This document shows, in pieces, positions 55,366-64,000 of a stretch of DNA of 64,000 nt. A model generated the notes under the pieces. That model had not been told where the DNA came from, did not search any database, and saw only the letters and a list, made by a program, of their open reading frames with translations. This stretch comes from Octopus bimaculoides (taxonomy: Eukaryota). Position 1 is the stretch's first letter; every line of letters begins with the position of its first letter. A program made the position numbers and the translations under genes. The stretch is from assembly GCF_001194135.2 (NCBI RefSeq), contig NC_068998.1:23854185-23918184 (forward strand), given 5' to 3'.

Positions 55366-56059
55366 NNNNNNNNNNNNNNNNNNNNNNNNNNNNNNNNNNN
55401 NNNNNNNNNNNNNNNNNNNNNNNNNNNNNNNNNNNNNNNNNNNNNNNNNNNNNNNNNNNNNNNNNNNNNNNNNNNNNNNNNNNNNNNNNNNNNNNNNNNN
55501 NNNNNNNNNNNNNNNNNNNNNNNNNNNNNNNNNNNNNNNNNNNNNNNNNNNNNNNNNNNNNNNNNNNNNNNNNNNNNNNNNNNNNNNNNNNNNNNNNNNN
55601 NNNNNNNNNNNNNNNNNNNNNNNNNNNNNNNNNNNNNNNNNNNNNNNNNNNNNNNNNNNNNNNNNNNNNNNNNNNNNNNNNNNNNNNNNNNNNNNNNNNN
55701 NNNNNNNNNNNNNNNNNNNNNNNNNNNNNNNNNNNNNNNNNNNNNNNNNNNNNNNNNNNNNNNNNNNNNNNNNNNNNNNNNNNNNNNNNNNNNNNNNNNN
55801 NNNNNNNNNNNNNNNNNNNNNNNNNNNNNNNNNNNNNNNNNNNNNNNNNNNNNNNNNNNNNNNNNNNNNNNNNNNNNNNNNNNNNNNNNNNNNNNNNNNN
55901 NNNNNNNNNNNNNNNNNNNNNNNNNNNNNNNNNNNNNNNNNNNNNNNNNNNNNNNNNNNNNNNNNNNNNNNNNNNNNNNNNNNNNNNNNNNNNNNNNNNN
56001 NNNNNNNNNNNNNNNNNNNNNNNNNNNNNNNNNNNNNNNNNNNNNNNNNNNNNNNNNNN

Positions 56060-56106
<47 letters not shown>

Positions 56107-56128
56107 GCAAGGACTGCTCTCTCACTCG

Positions 56129-56221
<93 letters not shown>

Positions 56222-56243
56222 GCAAGGACTGATCTCTCACTCG

Positions 56244-56316
<73 letters not shown>

Positions 56317-56335
56317 TAATAATAATAACAATAAG
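56060..56335 (+). repeat. (AAT)n array punctuated twice by a 27-bp unit
   Basis: atggcaaggactg(c/a)tctctcactcgat at 56104-56130 and 56219-56245. Confidence 0.9.
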
Positions 56336-57159
56336 GATGATGATAATGACGACGACGATGATGATGATGAGGAAGTGGAGGAGGATGGGGTGATGATGTT
56401 GATTGCGTTGGTAACAATAAGAATGATAATAATAATAAAAGAGAAAAAACAATAACAGTTGTTCGATAGTTTCTGAAAAGATCAACAAAACCCTTTTTTA
56501 AAAAATCCCTGTAAGATACATATTTTCTCGAGAAAGCTCGTAACGGTAACATAATCAGACTGCAATTGTTTATTGTTTAAACATTATTAATGTAATGGAT
56601 AACTAGCAAGAATTGGGCAACTGTAAGTCTGTAATAGACGGTAGTAGATAGCGGAGAAAGAAGAACGTGAGAAACCATCCTTGAATCACATGTTCAGTTT
56701 CAGGCGACAAAAACTCATTAACTACAGAAAAGTAACCATATAAAGAAAAGAACAGAAAAATTAATAAAAACAAACATACCGATGAAAATAACGAGATATG
56801 CAGCTAATTATTTGCATGGAGGTTCAGATATTTAAATATGCAATAGAAATCATTCGGATAAGTATAGTTGTTTTTTCATTTGTTTTCTTGTTGTTTTTTT
56901 TTCTTTTGTCATATAATTACTCTTCTCCATGTTCAAAACATCTGCAAAATCAATTTATATTTTTATCATTTGCAAAGTATGTGCTGCTGTTTAGTTAGTC
57001 TTTACATTTTCTTCGTTATTCTTTGATTGTTACTTCATAGTTTCATACTTCTATCACATCTGCATTATATGACTTACAGGAAATATTCCTGTGTATATAT
57101 AATTCCTACAAAGACACACACGCACGAACATACACACACACACATATACATAAATGTAT

Positions 57160-57214
<55 letters not shown>

Positions 57215-58423
57215 TACATAATTGCATGCACGCATCAGTGCGGATGAAGATATGGATATATATGTGAGAGGAGTGTGTGTGTGTGTTTACACAGTTGTAT
57301 GCATGTATACACACATATACACGTAGATAATGCTTGTATATATATGAAGTATCAACACACTGATTAAAAACATTATATACATAGATTACATGATAATTAG
57401 TGTTAGCAAGGTGTCTTTCATCAAAAGAGCTCAACAAATACCCATATAACAAGTGATTGGATAGTACAACATTAATCTTTTGTGTTAAATAATTGGCAAA
57501 AAAAGTTAACGTCAAACATACGATATAAAGGAAGTACGTGTGCTGTAACCTTTCTGGAAGTTCATACTACAAGATGTTCTGTTTTAAGAATTGCATTTCT
57601 CATCGAGGTCTCATATCACACATAATTGCTCTATGAACAGTAGTCATTGATGAATGAATAGAAACGTACATGGATCAGAAAAACAAACATATTTATAATC
57701 AAACAAAAGAAATAATCTTGTATGAAAGACTTAAAATAGTGTTTGGTACATATATATATATATATATATATGATATCTTACGCCCGTCAGTAGCATATCG
57801 CCTAATGATCCTTTGCAGGAGTGCGTTAGGATGATTCCGGAATTGAAAATATTTTCATATACAGAGAAGAGACTTTCGACAGGATTCCTTACATGCTAGA
57901 AAGGGCGGTTAAAACCCAAACCGCGAAAAAAGAGTTATAAAATAACTGAAGTATTTTGATTCAAAATCAGTTTCTTACCTTACTTTCTCACTTCTGACCT
58001 CACATATTTTGACCAAACTTTTTTCAATGACCCAAATTTCAATTATTTTATCTCAAAATGTAACATTAAACTGGAACATATTTGTTGAAGATAAACGCAT
58101 TCAATTTGGTCTAGGACTAAATTAGTGATGAAGTCTAGAGGTTCTTGATAGGAACTAAAAGCTGAGCTTAAGAATATATTCGCCCATGGCAGCGGGGGAA
58201 TGATATACCCAAATACAGCCACTGAAACACATAAGCGCGTATAGATAAATGCGTGTCCCAGCCAGTAATCAATATTCAAGTTCGTATCAGTTGCCAGAAA
58301 CGTGTTTAATGTGTAAATTATTCCATCCAATAGTGTTATAGTGAGTATTTAAACTGTGCATTCGTGGATAGTATCTAGTTTGGATGTGGGGCTGAAAACG
58401 AACCAATAACTCCTGAAATACAG

Positions 58424-58459
<36 letters not shown>

Positions 58460-59329
58460 GTGCATGCATATAATTAAATGCTGTATTCTAGCAAATATAT
58501 ATGCATGTTTATTCCTCTTTAAGAAAATGTTTAACACACAACATGAACGCAAGGCAAAAGAGGGAAATGCTAAACGACCATATTGGAAGATTTAATAAGA
58601 TTCATATAAGACTACGTTTGTTCATTTCTTTCGGTTCAAATCATGCAACAGTTGACTTCGTCTTTAACACTTTCAATTTTTCTTGCTGCTATATTATTGA
58701 TTAGCCGTAGCTCAATCTTCATTCAATAGATCTCAGCTAAATATTATTCAGTCATAACATCGTCAAATCTTTTATTTTATCAGTCATAAATGTATCAAGA
58801 TGATCCTTATCCAATATACCCTATGATTTATAAGCTGTTAGGAATGTAATGTGAAGGACGTTTGCCTAGTGTTTTTAGCAGTTTGGGTGACCAGTTAAAC
58901 ATGAAGAAGCTGCTGACGTAGGTATAAAAGAATGTTATTTATGATCTGTGACATGTATAACCAACCATGCATACCATATTACTAGTATTTATTTTACTAC
59001 CAAATATATTACTAGTATTTATTACAACGAGTCGGGAGGAAAATGAATATCAGCAGTTTTACGGTTTTACTGTGTTACGTGTTCCGGCCTGATGGTTATG
59101 GGCATACTAAGGCACCGCTATAATAGATTTTATTTAAGATATGCGAATAAAACAAATCAATATCATTACCTATGTCATTATATTGCGCAGGAAGAATTTT
59201 TAGTACCTAATGAAACTAACCTACATTTTGGAACTTTTCCTCTTATTTTCAATAATATTGTCTCAGTCCAATCAAGTTTGATGTATACTTTCTGAGTTTG
59301 TTATTGGTTTCTTTCTCGTTTTTCTTATC

Positions 59330-59870
59330 AGATCAGATAAGATTCTTTTAATAACAACAAAAATATATTCACAAAAAACAACGAAAAATTTTTTTTCAAG
59401 ATTTTTATTATTCATTTCAGAGTTCGTTCATGTCTTTTTCAACAACCAAACATCATGCTATTGTTCCACTTGTCTTGATATCTGTCTACCATTACCATAA
59501 TGTCTTTCTGAAAGTATTTACTTTACTTTCTTTTTTCATTGACACAGTTTCCTGGAAAACAGGGGAGATTCAAATATAGGCAGCACAATTTTATATTTTT
59601 CCTGCTTCTTCTACAATTGATGAAATCTATCAATCACGTTTTCTACTAGTTGTGTCTAATCTAGGTTTTCTCAATTCCATAGAAATTCTAGGACAAAATA
59701 TTTAAATGCTTGCCAGTTTTCTAAATAAACATCAGATAAAGTGTTTCCAAAATTGACATTTTTCATCAGTTCTCCAACGAAAATGCCAGATTTTGATTTT
59801 GCTTCAATAATAAATAGATGGGAACATATAGCACCACTATTGGAATGCTTCTCTTTTATCATTAAGTATT
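59330..59870 (-). mobile_element. Chapaev3-like (CMC) transposase C-terminal remnant
   Basis: EAKSKSGIFVGELMKNVNF..LENWQAFKYFVLEFL, TQLVENVIDRFHQL and FQKDIMVMVDRYQDKWNNSMM, in the order recalled for Chapaev3 (EAK.K.G.FVG...AW..F..V..FLGN...FHQDI...RYQ). Confidence 0.6.
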
Positions 59871-60525
59871 TTTTCTAGATAGTTTGAAAGTATCTTATAT
59901 GTGTAGGCTGAGTGCTGCTACGTAAAATTATTCTATGACTTATAAGAAGTACAAATGCAATTCTTAACCTTTACAAATTCATTTTGAAAGGATTAGAATA
60001 TTTTTCTCTATAAAAAATGTATTTATATGAGACAATAGGAAGAGCCACAATGGCGATATTTCATCTGGTCTAGAAAAAGCACACAATTCCTCTCAAATCT
60101 CTCTCCCGCCTCGTCAGAAATTAGAAGGCAGCAGACACTCTATTTTTGCAAACTCTTAACATTGAATAAAAATACAGAACAATTTTAGTTTGAACATTTT
60201 TTATATATGTAGTTAGTATTGGATAACCTTGAACTACACAAAAAAAAGTTGTTTTTTTTTCTTTAAATATTTGTACCATTTCACAGTAGTTTTATTATTT
60301 CCTTTATTTCGAAGAATTATACACAAGATACTAGAAAAAAGAATGGTTTATTAACGCAATAACGTTGTGTTCACATTTAACTTAGTAGAATCAAAATGCA
60401 TAATTCAATAATTTTTTTAATGTTTTACTGGCTTAACCAGAGAATGGAGAACAGTAATCATGATCTATTTCAATAATTTCTGAGTGGAGAGATGAAATAA
60501 ATGGGAATATTCTTAGACCACTAGC

Positions 60526-60675
60526 GCGGCAATCTGGTTGAATTGTTAGCACGCAGGGCTACACGCTTAGTGGCATTTAATTAATAAAATAAGTACCAGT
60601 GGACACTGGGGTCGATTTAATCGACTTACCCACCTCTCCTGCACTTGATGGCCTAGTGCCAAAATTTGAAATCAA
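60526..60675 (+). mobile_element. SINE family B, internally deleted
   Basis: gttagcacgc..gcttag..aataagtaccagt..ctggggtcgatttaatcgact. Confidence 0.7.
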
Positions 60676-60954
60676 TATTCTCAGACTACTAACTTCACCT
60701 GGAGGCACGGTTGCTGGCACTTTAAAGGCATGTAATGGTAATTAACTGGGGGACAGATTTAGTCTACAACTCTCGAACTCGAACAAGATATCTGACGAAA
60801 TTCGTCTCAGTTTCTATCCAAGAAATTTCATTCAAAATATTAGGTTATTCTGAGACTAAGGTGGAAGACCGCTGCACAAGATGTTTCAGATTGGGACTAA
60901 ATCTGACACCGTGTAAGAACAGTGTAATGAAACGTTGCATCTCCTAGCGATACA

Positions 60955-61100
60955 CGCTTGGCTGTGTGGTACGAATCTTACTTCCCAACCATATGGATCT
61001 GGGTTCAGTATCACTACGTGGCAACTTGAGCTATTATAGCGTCGGGCCGACCAAAACCCTGTGAGTTGATTTAGTAGACGAAGACTGAAAGAAGCCCGTT
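60955..61100 (+). mobile_element. SINE family A head
   Basis: ggctgtgtggta..cttcccaacca..gggttcagt..gggccgaccaaa..gtagacgaagactgaaagaagcccgt, followed by (TG)n(AG)n. Confidence 0.8.
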
Positions 61101-61155
61101 CTTGTATGTGTGTATATATGTGTATGTATGCGAGTGTGTGTTTGTGTGTGTGTGC

Positions 61156-61239
<84 letters not shown>

Positions 61240-62094
61240 ACCTGGACCTTTCATGATTCAGCAATTTCGCTACACTGATCAATAAATTATAGGAACAATG
61301 ATGTTTACATCCTTTTATAATTTCTATTNNNNNNNNNNNNNNNNNNNNNNNNNNNNNNNNNNNNNNNNNNNNNNNNNNNNNNNNNNNNNNNNNNNNNNNN
61401 NNNNNNNNNNNNNNNNNNNNNNNNNNNNNNNNNNNNNNNNNNNNNNNNNNNNNNNNNNNNNNNNNNNNNNNNNNNNNNNNNNNNNNNNNNNNNNNNNNNN
61501 NNNNNNNNNNNNNNNNNNNNNNNNNNNNNNNNNNNNNNNNNNNNNNNNNNNNNNNNNNNNNNNNNNNNNNNNNNNNNNNNNNNNNNNNNNNNNNNNNNNN
61601 NNNNNNNNNNNNNNNNNNNNNNNNNNNNNNNNNNNNNNNNNNNNNNNNNNNNNNNNNNNNNNNNNNNNNNNNNNNNNNNNNNNNNNNNNNNNNNNNNNNN
61701 NNNNNNNNNNNNNNNNNNNNNNNNNNNNNNNNNNNNNNNNNNNNNNNNNNNNNNNNNNNNNNNNNNNNNNNNNNNNNNNNNNNNNNNNNNNNNNNNNNNN
61801 NNNNNNNNNNNNNNNNNNNNNNNNNNNNNNNNNNNNNNNNNNNNNNNNNNNNNNNNNNNNNNNNNNNNNNNNNNNNNNNNNNNNNNNNNNNNNNNNNNNN
61901 NNNNNNNNNNNNNNNNNNNNNNNNNNNNNNNNNNNNNNNNNNNNNNNNNNNNNNNNNNNNNNNNNNNNNNNNNNNNNNNNNNATATATATATATATATAT
62001 AAGAAAGAAAAGAAATGTAAGAGTTACAAAAGTTTGTATGATAAAATTTTGGGTGATATTAGGATCATATTACATCATAACATCATTACAAATG

Positions 62095-62715
62095 AAATAA
62101 GTACCGGTTTGACGATCAAACGATTGTCAGCTTATATAGAGAAATTGTTGTTTTATAAAATATGTCTGTTTCGATTTTGTTGTTGTTTGTTTTTTACTTA
62201 GAATGTCTAGAAATGGAACTGCCTCCTGGTTGTATTCCACTGTGAATTGAATGCTTGTATGGATGGTGTTCAGAAGTGTTTTAAATTCTAAGATTTTATT
62301 TAAGTTGTTATTCCAGAGTATGAATCAGTCATCCAGGTATCTCTTCCAATTCTCTTTAATGTATTGGGCGAGAGGTTCTCCAAATTTTCGCAGTGATTTC
62401 TAATATCTTTTTCTCTAAGAATCCCATTGTGAGGTTGGCAATGGTAGGTGCTGCTCTTGTGCCCACCGCAATTCCCGATATTCGGCGGTAGCAGTTGGTG
62501 TCAAAAATGAAATGATTATTTTGGAGAATAAATTTAATTGATTCAATGATGAAGGTTTTGTTTATTCGTTCTGGTATTTACTCTGGATGTAGTTCTAGCC
62601 AAAATCGAATCGCTTCCATTCCATAATCATGTGGATTGTTGGAGTATAGGGTTATAACATTCTGAACAGCACCCACACAAGCATTCAATTCACAATGGAA
62701 TACAACCAGGAGGCA
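62095..62715 (-). mobile_element. Penelope-like RT fragment with an inverted duplication
   Basis: Minus strand reads LYSNNPHDYGMEAIRFWL, NNHFIFD..YRRISGIAVGTRAAPTIANLTMG, WKRYLDD*FILW and IQFTVE..PFLDI. 62220-62280 is inverted at 62656-62715. Confidence 0.85.
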
Positions 62716-62728
62716 CTTCTTTAAATAA

Positions 62729-63526
62729 GGACCTACTTTAATTAATGGAGATGCTTATCCAGAATCAAATGGTAAGGACCGCCCTAGGCAGAATGGTTAC
62801 CAGAGCAGTCCTTGTGGAACACTTAGCAGTCTTTCATCTTCGTCAGTAGCTAGTCACAACTCTTATCTGAGTGCATCCAGTACAAGTTTGAATTATGATT
62901 CTTTAAAGTGTCTTGGCTGCCAAGTCGTATCTTATCATATATGTCAAGCTGACAACAACACATCGTGCATGCTACTTGATCTTGGACACAGTATTGCTGC
63001 TACGTTAGCCAGAGCACCACAACTTGAAGCCTACCGTGAAATGTTACTTGTTGATACCAACTTGTTCAATATCCTTACGATGATGGAATACATTCAGAAT
63101 CTGCACCAATCCTTTGTAAAAGATGTCTTAGAACCTTTAAAAATGTTAAAAAGCAGTGGAAAGATAACTTCAGACAGTTGTAAAATTCTAGTTGATTCGT
63201 TAACTGAAGCTGAATTCCATCGACCTGACTACGGTGACACAATTGGCTCATTTGAACAAACAACAACAAAATTGAAACGGATATATTTTATAAAACAACA
63301 CATGCAAAACAATACCTTTAACAATATTTTAACGATTGGGTTCCTTTTCATGCAGGCAGGATTTTTCGACCTGATGGCTTTCCTCTTACCACCTCTTCAC
63401 TGTTGCTCATATAAGGATATATTTCTTCAGTCCTCTAGTATTCGGAAACGTCGAGAGACAGCTGAATTCAAAATTGTTGACATGACTGTATGCACCCGTG
63501 ATTTCATAAACATCCACGCACACTGA
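62729..63526 (+). CDS. Probable host coding exon(s), protein unidentified
   Basis: Stop-free frame of 266 codons including the stop (extends 53 codons upstream of the track's TTG start), with complex, non-TE-like composition. Candidate acceptor aag|G at 62730, possible in-frame 126-bp intron at 63234-63359, candidate donor at 63488. Confidence 0.55.
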   Translation, partial: GPTLINGDAYPESNGKDRPRQNGYQSSPCGTLSSLSSSSVASHNSYLSASSTSLNYDSLKCLGCQVVSYHICQADNNTSCMLLDLGHSIAATLARAPQLEAYREMLLVDTNLFNILTMMEYIQNLHQSFVKDVLEPLKMLKSSGKITSDSCKILVDSLTEAEFHRPDYGDTIGSFEQTTTKLKRIYFIKQHMQNNTFNNILTIGFLFMQAGFFDLMAFLLPPLHCCSYKDIFLQSSSIRKRRETAEFKIVDMTVCTRDFINIHAH

Positions 63527-63821
63527 GACACACACGTTGCGTGCTCAAGTAGATATTTTTGCACATGCACACAAAAGCCTACCCTCTCACGTATATGTGT
63601 GTGTGTACATATGTATATATATATATATGGAGAGAGAGAGGGGTGAGATAGATAGACAGATGTGCATATATGCATATTAGCAATGCACACCGGTGTTGCC
63701 CGGTTGTTATGACCTACCACCACATTGTAGTATTTGGTTCTTTCTTATGGGCAGAATTAGCATACGAGGAGAATGAAGCAAACAACTCTTCTTTAAAAAC
63801 ATGTTTTTGGTCATTTTCTGA

Positions 63822-63977
63822 TGAACAACGCTTCAGTTTCCGTCAACCAAATTCACTAACAAATCTGTAGTGGGCCTCGGGCTATAGTAGAAAACACTTT
63901 CCCAAGGTACTATACAGGACTGAACGTGGAACCATGTGGTTGGGAAGCAAACTTCTCAAACATACAGTCACTCTCGC
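63822..63977 (-). mobile_element. SINE family A head
   Basis: cttcagtttccgtc..aaattcact..gggctatagtagaa..ggaaccatgtggttgggaagcaaacttc. Confidence 0.8.
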
Positions 63978-64000
63978 ACTTAATATATATGTGTGCATGT

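Noticed and set aside
56060-56335. CRISPR-like repeat-spacer array
   Set aside because: There are only two units, the 'spacers' are pure (AAT)n, the context is eukaryotic and there are no cas genes.

Overview
AT-rich, repeat-saturated eukaryotic scaffold with seven N gaps (14363-14548, 16735-16860, 19514-19572, 30327-31051, 54636-54645, 55366-56059, 61329-61982). The SINE families look like octopus repeats; that assignment is from recall, not a search. Most ORFs in the supplied track are microsatellite or N-gap artefacts. The window holds degraded LINEs (Tx1/L1-clade, R4/Dong, RTE), Penelope-like elements (PLEs), DNA transposons (DD34D mariner with TIRs, maT-like, DD82E Sailor-like, Chapaev3-like), many tRNA-derived SINEs and a 433-bp inverted tandem array. 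One probable host coding segment lies at 62729-63526. The most interesting candidates are (1) a PLE whose ORF appears to carry an N-terminal Ulp1/SENP-like C48 cysteine protease ahead of RT and GIY-YIG (about 24665-28050) and (2) a tRNA-headed SINE carrying a type I hammerhead ribozyme motif with a 5' fold-back (48014-48305). All protein calls come from hand-read motifs and many boundaries are approximate. No CRISPR, rRNA or intact tRNA genes were found.
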